Below, piece after piece: positions 27,045 through 39,209 of a stretch of 64,000 bases of DNA (position 1 is its first letter; each line of letters begins with the position of its first letter). Both the position numbers and the translations under genes were made by a program. The stretch is from Macrostomum hystrix (Eukaryota; Animalia; Platyhelminthes). Under the pieces are notes generated by a model that was not told the DNA's origin, ran no database searches, and saw only the letters and a program-made list of their open reading frames with translations. The stretch lies in the NCBI GenBank assembly GCA_950097015.1, contig CATNEN010000007.1, positions 2,852,001-2,916,000 of the forward strand. The letters are read 5' to 3'.

Positions 27045-28928
27045 AGGTGATGTACACAGAATCAATCAGGTGATGTACACAGAATCAATCAGGTGATGTA
27101 CACAGAATCAATCAGGTGATGTACACAGAATCAATCAGGTGATTACACAGAATCAATCAGTTGATGTACACAGAATCAATCAGTTGATGTACACAGAATC
27201 AATCAGGTGATGTACACAGAATCAATCAGGTGATGTACACAGAATCAATCAGGTGATGTACACAGAATCAATCAGGTGATGTACACAGAATCAATCAGGT
27301 GATGTACACAGAATCAATCAGGTGATTACACAGAATCAATCAGTTGATGTACACAGAATCAATCAGTTGATGTACACAGAATCAATCAGGTGATGTACAC
27401 AGAATCAATCAGGTGATTACACAGAATCAATCAGGTGATGTACACAGAATCAATCAGGTGATGTACACAGAATCAATCAGGTGATGTACACAGAATCAAT
27501 CAGTTGATGTACACAGAATCAATCAGTTGATGTACACAGAATCAATCAGGTGATGTACACAGAATCAATCAGATGATGTACACAGAATCAATCAGGTGAT
27601 GTACACAGAATCAATCAGGTGATGTACACAGAATCAATCAGTTGATGTACACAGAATCAATCAGTTGATGTACACAGAATCAATCAGGTGATGTACACAG
27701 AATCAATCAGGTGATGTACACAGAATCAATCAGGTGATGTACACAGAATCAATCAGGTGATGTACACAGAATCAATCAGTTGATGTACACAGAATCAATC
27801 AGTTGATGTACACAGAATCAATCAGTTGATGTACACAGAATCAATCAGGTGATGTACACAGAATCAATCAGTTGATGTACACAGAATCAATCAGGTGATG
27901 TACACAGAATCAATCAGGTGATGTACACAGAATCAATCAGTTGATGTACACAGAATCAATCAGGTGATGTACACAGAATCAATCAGTTGATGTACACAGA
28001 ATCAATCAGGTGATGTACACAGAATCAATCAGGTGATGTACACAGAATCAATCAGGTGATGTACACAGAATCAATCAGGTGATGTACACAGAATCAATCA
28101 GTTGATGTACACAGAATCAATCAGGTGATGTACACAGAATCAATCAGGTGATGTACACAGAATCAATCAGGTGATGTACACAGAATCAATCAGTTGATGT
28201 ACACAGAATCAATCAGGTGATGTACACAGAATCAATCAGGTGATGTACACAGAATCAATCAGTTGATGTACACAGAATCAATCAGTTGATGTACACAGAA
28301 TCAATCAGGTGATGTACACAGAATCAATCAGTTGATGTACACAGAATCAATCAGTTGATGCACACAGAATCAATCAGTTGATGTACACAGAATCAATCAG
28401 TTGATGTACACAGAATTAATCAGTTGATGTACACAGAATCAATCAGGTGATGTACACAGAATCAATCAGGTGATGTACACAGAATCAATCAGGTGATGTA
28501 CACAGAATCAATCAGTTGATGTACACAGAATCAATCAGGTGATGTACACAGAATCAATCAGGTGATGTACACAGAATCAATCAGGTGATGTACACAGAAT
28601 CAATCAGGTGATGTACACAGAATCAATCAGGTGATGTACACAGAATCAATCAGTTGATGTACACAGAATCAATCAGGTGATGTACACAGAATCAATCAGG
28701 TGATGTACACAGAATCAATCAGGTGACGTACACAGAATCAATCAGGTGATGTACACAGAATCAATCAGGTGATGTACACAGAATCAATCAGGTGATGTAC
28801 ACAGAATCAATCAGGTGACGTACACAGAATCAATCAGGTGATGTACACAGAATCAATCAGGTGATGTACACAGAATCAATCAGGTGACGTACACAGAATC
28901 AATCAGGTGATGTACACAGAATCAATCA
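27045..28928. repeat. 23-bp minisatellite, ~82 units, in TMEM184B intron 5
   Basis: Unit AATCAATCAG(G/T)TGATGTACACAG; period 23 (27061 to 27084). Confidence 0.97.
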
Positions 28929-29699
28929 TTTTAGGAACGCGAACTGTACAAATTTGGCAAAAGATTCTGGAAAATAAAAACACAAAAACACAGATTTGAC
29001 GAAATTATAAAATTAAATTATACATTAAAAATTTTCACGAAGAAAACAATTTAAAAAAAAGTTGGATTAAGAAGGTTTCATTCTTAGGAACAATTTCTGA
29101 TGGATTTTTGGGTTCGTGACAATTGTACAGGTCCGCTTGATTAACTCGACTTTCTGTTTGCTTCTGAGAAGCAGTGCCAACTATTCATTTTATTTTAACT
29201 TTCTGTCTGTAATTAGCATTCTAGTCCACCTTAATTACGGTTAAAGAGAGCCTAACTGATGCCACCAAAGGCGACCGAGGCAGACTGTCTCTGGCTTGTG
29301 TTTCATCTTTGTCGACAGCTTCTGAGCAGATTACTTGAGTTGAGCTGACAGGCGTGACTTAATTCACTTTCTTTGAGAACAGGTCTTTATATCGAGATAA
29401 AAATAGGATACTAATTTAGTCTTTGGAAATGTCGCGAAAAAATACGAGTATATACTTGAGTTTTGCGGATTAGTATAACTAATTAACTGTTTCATTAATT
29501 TGATTAGATAAGATTATTTCAATTAGATTCGGAAACAGGCGATTCGGAAAGAGCGATTGTTTAAGCAGGAAATTTAGAATAAATGAATTCGAAATTGTAT
29601 GGAAACAAAGCACCAAGCACAAAGCAAAGCAAAGAACTGGGGAATAAAAAAAATTCAAAAATTTCTTATGAAAATGCAGTTTCTAAATACATGGTCTGC

Positions 29700-30105
29700 G
29701 GAATCCTGGAATCCTGGAACCATGGAACCAGGAACCGTGGAATTGTGGAATCGTGGAATGATGGAATGATGGAATGATGGAATGATGGAATCATGGAATC
29801 ATGGAATCATGGAATCATGGAACGATGGAACTAGACAATTATGGAATAATAAATGATGGAATGATGGAACGATGGAATGATGGAATGATGGAATGATGGA
29901 ATCATGGAATCATGGAATCATGGAATCATGGAATCATGGAATCATGGAATCATGGAATCATGAAATCATGGAATCATGGAATCATGGAACGATGGAACTA
30001 GACAATTATGGAATAATAAATGATGGAATGATGGAACGATGGAATGATAGAATGATAGAATGATGTTATGATGGAATGGTGGAATCATGGAATCGTGAGT
30101 TCATG
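29700..30105. repeat. 8-bp ATGGAATC/ATGGAATG repeat with an internal duplicated block
   Basis: Direct reading; the block GGAACGATGGAACTAGACAATTATGGAATAATAAATG occurs at ~29819 and ~29986. Confidence 0.9.
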
Positions 30106-30525
30106 GAATCTAGGATCTGGGTTGTCTACGAATGCTAATAGTTTTTCGATGACGTCATAGCCTGGCTTCAGCTGCTGATTCGATGCAATCCATTAAAGTA
30201 ACATTCCATTAGTCCCTGGATTCTTAATAGAAGAGTGTAAAATATCAGTTTGAGTCAACTGCAGCTGCTGAATATTCTTTAGCTTCAATTTCAAGATGTT
30301 TAAATATGGGCGTGGCCTTGTGCTATGTAAATGCTGCATTAAGTTAATTTTAATGGGGACATTTTACTGCGAGTCACCTGACAATTATCCTTAATTATAA
30401 ATATACATTCAATAATCCTAAAGTAAACTAGCACATGTAGCAGCTCTGCACTAAGAGGGAAGAATTTCTTTACACTATAACAATTAAGGCGGATTTAAAT
30501 ACTTGTTTATAAAAAGTAATGTTCA

Positions 30526-30729
<204 letters not shown>

Positions 30730-30770
30730 CTACTATTAGTAGCGTGTATACAGAATTTTTTACAACAGAC

Positions 30771-30846
30771 CTGTTTGCAGAAGCGCAGGAACTCGATCGT
30801 GTAGGATTGGCCGGCAAAGCAACAGGTGCAATAGGTCCAGCTTAAC
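30771..30846 (-). CDS. TMEM184B: TMEM184B-like, exon 4
   Basis: Hand translation (not in the ORF track): ccaaag|G LSWTYCTCCFAGQSYTIEFLRFCKQ|gtctgt, matching the family TCC...Y.I.FLRFCKQ motif. Confidence 0.9.
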
Positions 30847-30982
30847 CTTTGGAAACGTAATAAAAATTGAATTTAGTTCCTAATGTTTCTTCAACTATGG
30901 CAACAACAATGACGTCACTTGTCTAAATTGTTATGACGTCATAGACAGATGTACATGCTTTCTAGTGACGCCACGGCGCTCA

Positions 30983-31550
<568 letters not shown>

Positions 31551-32344
31551 CGAGACCATCACTCTCCCAGTAATGTACGTTCCGTAAATTCGGGCTTAAT
31601 AATCACGGCTAGGTAATTTGCCCATAGAAAAAACTTGGATCCGTTCAAACAAAAATATTTTTTCTTCGTCTTAATATCTACACTTGTAGCTTCGTTGTTG
31701 AGAAGCCTCAAGGCGAATCTACTCATAGTAGCATGCAAGTAGCTCGTAAACTGTAGAATAGCCTTTGCAGTCAGGACTCAGAAAAATCGAATAAGATTTT
31801 AAAACATAGTCGGCTAGGGAAAAGGCGAGATAACACTAAGCAGTATCGAGTAAAGGACACGGGGAGTTGCTTGACTCCCTACTCTCTGAGTTGCACGGGG
31901 AGTCACGTGCCGAAATCCCAGCTCCCGCAGCCTTCCCAGCCTTGCTGGCTCGCTTCCCATTTTTAAGGCCTCTCTTCCTCTATCCCAGCAGAACCGAGCA
32001 GTCCCATTTTTCCTGATCAACATCAAGTCAGGCCTGTGCTATTATTTTTTTTTGTTAAAATCGGGAGCTGAGCATCTCGGTGGGGACCCGAGTCGGATGC
32101 TGATCCCAAACCGGCGGGCCGCGAATTTCCCCTTTCCCGATTTCAAGCGACCGGCTAGCAGGGCATCCTGTTAGTCAGACTATTTTTGTTCTCATCTCTC
32201 AGCCAGCCATGCTCAGGGCTGGACATGATTAGGAATCGTAATTAGTGAGTCTGAGTGATGAAGTGTTGAGGGTCAGCCTATGCTCCTTCCTCATCTGACC
32301 AACTGACTCAGCTTTCAATCATACTGCTTTTGGAAAGGCCCTCT

Positions 32345-32610
32345 TAACCTAACTCCTTCCTTCTCTCTCCTATCTTTCTAACCCTCATTCTTCTCTCTCC
32401 TATCTTTCTAACCCTCATTCTTCTCTCTCCAATCTTCTAACCCTCATTCTTCTCTCTCCTATCTTTCTAACCCTCATTCTTCTCTCTCCTATCTTTCTAA
32501 CCCTCATTCTTCTCTCGATCCTATCTTTCTAACCCTCATTCTTCTCTCTCCTATCTTTCTAACCCTCATTCTTCTCTCTCCTATCTTTCTAATCTTCCTT
32601 CTTCTCTCTC
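32345..32610. repeat. 30-bp pyrimidine-rich minisatellite
   Basis: Unit CTATCTTTCTAACCCTCATTCTTCTCTCTC, ~8 copies. Confidence 0.92.
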
Positions 32611-33252
32611 AAATCACTGCATCGCATCGCATGGAAAGCATCTCATCACTGTCCAAGAGTCAAAGTCTGCGACTAGGTGGCCATAGACATCTTAAGGCGC
32701 AAACATCACAAGCAGCAGATACCTTGTACATTGGAGCCACTCAGCCCAGCATATGTCGTATGTCTCTGTCTCGTATCGTTTTCTCTATGCCACATTCTCT
32801 ACGCGCCATCGCCCTCCCCAACCGCCCACCCGAGCTGCCTTTCGGTCGAATCTCGTAGGTGCAGGAGCAGTAGAAAAAGAAATGGACGAGATGAAGGAGA
32901 GAAGGAGGATAGGAGAGTGGGGAAGATGGCTAGATCGATACTGGGAAGAGAAATCTTGCGTGGAAATTTTCCGCGCGCACCCTACGTCCAACGGCCAGAC
33001 CCACCTAAACTAGTTCAGAGACAAGGCAAATAGCAATGAAAGAGAGGGAGAGAAGGACAAGAGCGCTAGAGGAAGGAGACTGATTCATGAGACCTCATTT
33101 TTAAAGCAGCACTCTGTGCTCAGTTCCCGCCAAACTGTTGGATGAATTTAGGAAAATGAGGCGCAGGGTTGTAGTGGGAAGTACGTCAAACTAGATACTC
33201 AGTTGGTAATCCTCAATGTCAAGCTGAATGGAATTGAGACAGCAAAGGGAGT

Positions 33253-34270
33253 AGACTAGAGATGTGAAAGACTGCGACTAGACTAGAGATGTGAAAGACT
33301 GCGACTAGACTAGAGATGTGAAAGACTGCGACTAGACTAGAGATGTGAAAGACTGCGACTAGACTAGAGATGTGAAAGACTGCGACTAGACTAGAGATGT
33401 GAAAGACTGCGACTAGACTAGATGGAGAAAGACTGAGACTAGACTAGATGGAGAAAGACTGAGACTAGACTAGATGGAGAAAGACTGTGACTAAACTAGA
33501 TGGAGAAAGACTGCGACTAGACTAGATGGAGAAAGACTGAGACTAGACTAGATGGAGAAAGACTGCGACTAGACTAGAGATGTGAAAGACTGCGACTAGA
33601 CTAGATGGAGAAAGACTGCGACTAGACTAGAGATGTGAAAGACTGCGACTAGACTAGATGGAGAAAGACTGCGACTAGACTAGATGGAGAAAGACTGAGA
33701 CTAGACTAGATGGAGAAAGACTGCGACTAGACTAGATGGAGAAAGACTGAGATTAGACTAGATGGAGAAAGACTGCGACTAGACTAGAGATGTGAAAGAC
33801 TGCGACTAGACTAGATGGAGAAAGACTGCGACTAGACTAGATGGAGAAAGACTGAGACTAGACTAGATGGAGAAAGACTGAGACTAGACTAGATGGAGAA
33901 AGACTGAGACTAGACTAGATGGAGAAAGACTGCGACTAAACTAGATGGTGAAAGACTGCGACTAGACTAGATGGAGAAAGACTGCGACTAGACTAGATGG
34001 AGAAAGACTGAGACTAGACTAGATGGAGAAAGACTGCGACTAGACTAGATGGAGAAAGACTGAGACTAGACTAGATGGAGAAAGACTGCGACTAGACTAG
34101 AGATGTGAAAGACTGCGACTAGACTAGATGGAGAAAGACTGCGACTAGACTAGATGGAGAAAGACTGAGACTAGACTAGATGGTGAAAGACTGCGACTAG
34201 ACTAGATGGAGAAAGACTGCGACTAGACTAGATGGAGAAAGACTGCGACTAGACTAGATGGAGAAAGACA
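33253..34270. repeat. 26/27-bp minisatellite
   Basis: GACTAGACTAGATGGAGAAAGACTG(C/A) and GACTAGACTAGAGATGTGAAAGACTGC units. Confidence 0.95.
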
Positions 34271-34787
34271 GAATAGACAGACTTGACAGAATCGGGGTCA
34301 GTTAGAATAGAAAGAACTACCACCTCGCGGGCTGTCGACTTTTGTCAAACAATTGCGCCCACGGCCCCGTAGCAGGGTTGTTGACTACACAAAAGCACTC
34401 AGTCATTTCGATATACTTCTTTACAGCGTTTCAAACGAGTGACCATAATCCATATCGCAGCACCCGCCGCCAACATCAGCATCATCTGCATGCAGACATC
34501 AATGAGCGCATTGCGCCAAGAGTCAGGAGCAAAGATTCATGGCTAAGGATTTCTACAGATTCTATGTATAATTGACATATTGATGCTAAATCCTTTATAA
34601 CACCGTTTTAAAACACAATTTTGTGTTTGAATCGAACGATTCGGCCTTAGACCATAGACAAAACAGAAGAAGAGAGTTAATTGCCGTCGGACCTCCCTCA
34701 CTTTATTCAGGCAGAAACACAGCTGAAAGATTTAGATTTAATCGCGTGCACTTTTTCTACTCAAAGCAGATAGCAGCAATCATAAGC

Positions 34788-35909
34788 ATGTCGGCCCCCT
34801 GCTCTCTGTTCATCCAGAGCCTCAAAGCTCCCCAGAAGCGGATTATGCCCAATCGATTTCTTCGATCGGCAGGGTTGCCAGAAGGTGCCGCTGCTCGTCT
34901 GCCGCAGCGATTATTCTCTAGAAACAACAACTCGTCTTCGACTGCCCATGGACCGCAGCAGCCATGGCAGGAGCGGCAGCAGCACTTAGTTGTCGGGAAC
35001 CTGCCCTACGTGCCGAGCTCGGTTCACTGCCCGATCGAGCTGAACCCTATCACAAATTCTCTAGGCGAGTTCGTGCCATTTGCCAACGCTCTGCGCAGCG
35101 TTCGCAGTCGCTGCCTGCCCACGGACATTGGCAACCGATTCGACGCAGATGACGAATTTGAATGGCTGGATCAGGCCAACAACAGTTCCTGTGAGTCTAG
35201 CTCGCGAAAGTTGGCCACCAAGGAGGCCGCCAAGCGAGAAAGCGACAGTTATTTCTTCTTGTATTTTCGCATCCGCATGGAGAACTATGTGGCACTGGTG
35301 ACGGCACTGAAGCAGAGCTGCAAGGATGAGAGCATCTTCAACGAGGAGAACTTGGACCGCTGGACGCACAAATACAAGTTCAAAATCCGTCGTTTGTCGC
35401 CGCTTAAGAAGGTAAGCCTTGCTCAGCACTTTTCAGCCTTTAGACTTGATGGCAATTTCAGCTGCGGAATATCCCAGTTACGATTCAACCTTAAATATAT
35501 TCGCTTTTTGCACAAGCTAATCATATTAAAAATATCTAACACATTTCGCCAGGTTCTGTTGGCCTTCTCCAGTCGAATGGGCGTCGAAGGCGACCCGGAT
35601 GTGATATACTGCATCGACGGCTTCTACGGGGATGCTTTCACCGGCCGGATGTATCACAGACTCGAGGTGCCAAACAACCGTGTCCTACCATCCAACACCT
35701 GCGTGTTAAGCGGGCTCAACAACGGCTCCAGCATCTTTGTCAGCCGGATCAATGACGCTGAGCGTCAGGACGCCGTCGCGCAGCTGCAGTTGGATCTGAT
35801 GCGTGGCAACGAGCTATCAGAAGATGAAGAAGGCGAGACGCAGGCGTCAGCTGCCACGAGAACAACAGGGGAACAAACTGACAACAAGAAAGTCGATACT
35901 CAAAACTAA
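34788..35909 (+). CDS. Nested antisense gene in TMEM184B intron 2; protein with a divergent SUMO-like (ubiquitin-fold) domain; probably 2 exons (34788-35411, 35553-35909; 326 aa)
   Basis: Long non-repetitive GC-rich ORF with first ATG at 34788. [23 protein letters not shown]...IYCIDG and [21 protein letters not shown] align by eye with the SUMO beta2-helix-beta3 and C-terminal strands once an AT-richer gtaagc...ttcgccag intron (35412-35552) is removed. Confidence 0.7.
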   Translation: [373 protein letters not shown]

Positions 35910-36944
35910 ACAGGCTGGAACCATGCAGCACTGACAATTTGTTGCATGCGCAGTTGTGATTGGTTGGTCAAAATGATTTCATTTCTATGTATTGGAGTTG
36001 CAATAGTAGCTGCTCTGACTGTCCTTGATCAATCTCATATTAGAAGATTGCTAGAACTGGTACCAGTTCTGCGATTTTCAAAGACCCTTGAGCTGCTTCT
36101 TGAGCAGCTCTTTTCTTTTTTGTCAGTCTTCATTTATTCAGAAATTAATTTTTAGAACATACGAGAGTTTTTCATTTTCGCATCCCGAGAACTCGTGTCA
36201 TTTTGTTTGAATTAAAATTACAGCTCTTCCAAAAGTCTTAAGCTTGCGAAACGTGCAAAGCTTGAACTTTATAAACAGAAACACAATTTTTGGTTGCTTT
36301 ATCTCTATAAAATGTATGAATAAAAGTCTCGCCATCCTTGTGTTTCTGAGCGAAAACAAATCTTTAAGCAATAGAGCTCCATCTCGGGGTAAACTGGTGT
36401 TGGAGAGCAGTCAGTTGCTCCTTTTAGGACTTGTCCTTGCACTTCGCTGGCGCAATTGCGGTTCTCAGAATTGAGTGCGCCTCTCCTAGAGTAGACTAGA
36501 GATGGAGAAAGACAGAGATTAGAGAAGAGATGGGAAAAGAGAGAGTAGAGGGTGCATGTGGAATGAGACAGATCAGCAAAAATCGACAAATCGCAAAGAG
36601 TTCATTCGCAGTTTAAGCTGGAGTATAAACAGCTGCCCTAAATTTAAATTGTCAGTTTCCGGGTTGTCCATTCTGCTCTTTCGGGGTCTCACATTTCTGC
36701 TTTTCGTTTGTCCCCATATTTCCTTGAATAAGGAGCTGCATTTGCCTTTACGCTATCTTTATACATCATTTGGTTTAGTTGAATGGTTTCATCATGATTC
36801 ACATTGATGCTGATGCTGGCACCGTGTTGTGAGTTTTTTAATACAATTTCATGCTTGATAGACTGTGGCATCTGATGATTGGGGTGTCTGTTTGTTAATT
36901 GGGGTCTCTTGTTATAGGTTGCTCTGACGGTACATTCTGGTGTC

Positions 36945-37618
36945 TGGTTGTCGATGGGGTGTCTGGTTGTAGATTGGGGTGTCTGGTAGTAGAATGAGGT
37001 GTCTGGTAGTAGACTGAGGGGTCTGGTAGTAGATTGGGGTGTCTGGTTGTAGACTGAGGTGTCTGGTAGTAGAATGAGGTGTCTGGTTGTAGATTGGGGT
37101 GTCTGGTAGTAGAATGAGGTGTCTGGTAGTAGACTGAGGTGTCTGGTAGTAGATTGGGGTGTCTGGTTGTAGACTGAGGTGTCTGGTAGTAGAATGAGGT
37201 GTCTGGTTGTAGATTGGGGTGTCTGGTAGTAGACTGAGGTGTCTGGTTGTAGATTGGGGTGTCTGGTTGTAGACTGAGGTGTCTGGTTGTAGACTGAGGT
37301 GTCTGGTAGTAGATTGGGGTGTCTGGTTGTAGACTGAGGTGTCTGGTTGTACACTGAGGTGTCTGGTTGTAGACTGAGGTGTCTGGTTGTAGACTGAGGT
37401 GTCTGGTTGTAGAGTGTCTGGTTGGGGTGTCTGGTTGTAGACTGAGGTGTCTGGCTGTAGATTGGGTGTCTGGTAGTAGATTGGGGTGTCTGGTAGTAGA
37501 TTGGGGTATCTGGTTGTAGACTGAGGTGTCTGGTTGTAGACTGAGGTGTCTGGTTGTAGACTGAGGTGTCTGGTTGTAGATTGGGGGTTTCTGGTAGTAG
37601 ATTGGGGTGGCTGGTTAA
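36945..37618. repeat. 20-bp minisatellite in TMEM184B intron 2
   Basis: Unit GTGTCTGGT(T/A)GTAGA(CTGAG/TTGGG); explains the ORFs at 36689-37697. Confidence 0.94.
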
Positions 37619-37683
37619 CCAGCACTGGTTTTGTCTCTGTTGTCGGTTGTTCATTCCTCGTACATTGGTTTATGTACAGTTCA

Positions 37684-37941
<258 letters not shown>

Positions 37942-37965
37942 TTAATTTCTTTATCATTCACGCAC

Positions 37966-38109
37966 CTGGTAGGAGGTCATGATGACGGCAGTGATGGAGG
38001 AAATTCCGGCGATGCTCTGAGCCGCCGGTGTCTGCAAGAAGATCGGCGCTATCGGCGGACCTAGAGTAGTGTCGTCTGGCCCAATGGTGATGTTACTGTT
38101 GTTGGACAT
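37966..38109 (-). CDS. TMEM184B: TMEM184B-like, exon 1 (OST-alpha/Solute_trans_a family multipass membrane protein; 7 exons total 1218 nt = 405 aa + stop)
   Basis: ATG at 38109; MSNNSNITIG...PIFLQTPAAQSIAGISSITAVIMTSYQ|gtgcgt. The PIFLQT.AAQ.I.G motif is typical of TMEM184A/B. Confidence 0.88.
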
Positions 38110-38717
38110 TGCTGCCTGCTGTTTTGGGTAAAAGTTGTTTGTATTTTTAACAGATCTACAATACAAATGCATAAACACACAGTGAGATACACATGCTTCC
38201 AGTTACAATTAATTTTTTAAATAATATCAGCAAGCAGAAAACATAACAAAACACGTTAACTTATCCGAAATATATATTAGTATACTTTTTTAATTCAATT
38301 TACTTAAAGGATTCGACCAAAGATATACTTAAATTTAAACATAAAACTTTTTTAAAGTTAATAAATACTAATTATTACTACATTAATTAGAACATGAATA
38401 TAGCATACCTGTTTGAACTTTGATAGGGTTGTCCTTTTCTTTTTTTGTTTAGAGTTATTTTTAAAAAACTAGTGTAGCATTTTCGTTTATTTCTACAGTT
38501 GGCATTTTTTGTATAATAAATTAGAATCTACGCCATTTTATTATCATCTTTAAAATGCATCCAAGTTTATATTACATTACATCTCAGTACAAAACAAAAA
38601 TAATTACGGCAGTCCGTCCTTATAGTTTTGGGCTTGAATTTACTGAATTTTCTATAATGTTGTTTTAATGAAAAAATCCGGAATTGTTTTGATTGCGAAG
38701 TTTGTCATCTAAACGTT

Positions 38718-39130
38718 CTAATCTAAACTAATCGTCCGAGACAACGCCACTTTGTTTGAAAACTTTAGTATTTTATTGTAGTGCTCGACGCTTTCCGTTC
38801 GCTTATGTCCAGTCACAGCTTGAATCTTGAGAACGTCTTCAATCAGGTTTGTGACCACGCTTTTTTGGATGCAGTGGTTGGTGTGATTCCGGCCAGCAAG
38901 ACCAGCAAGTTCGCACAGCGTCTTCATGAAGCTGTTTAGCCAGTTCTTTCCTAGTACGAGATTATTGTGATACCAGTAGCCGTCAGTATTGTAACCGTGT
39001 TGGATTGGCTTTGGCCAGAGACATTCAACGCCCGTCGGTATCTTGCTCAGGTATAATTCAACTGCGCGCACTGGACACGTGGTAGGCTCATTTGGAGTCT
39101 CGACAAGAATGTATAATTCTTGAACGCTTA
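38718..39130 (-). mobile_element. Crypton-type tyrosine recombinase relic (C-terminal half only)
   Basis: CPVRAVELYL...WYHNNLVLGKNWLNSFMKTLCELAGL...TNHCIQK...TGHKRTESVEHY. The HxxR arginine is replaced by Q. Confidence 0.75.
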
Positions 39131-39209
39131 CGAGTGCGTCAATGGGAAAAGCACGAGTGCGCGAAGCGTGCGTTATATTTCTACGCACTGTCTAGTCTAA
39201 TCTGCTTTC

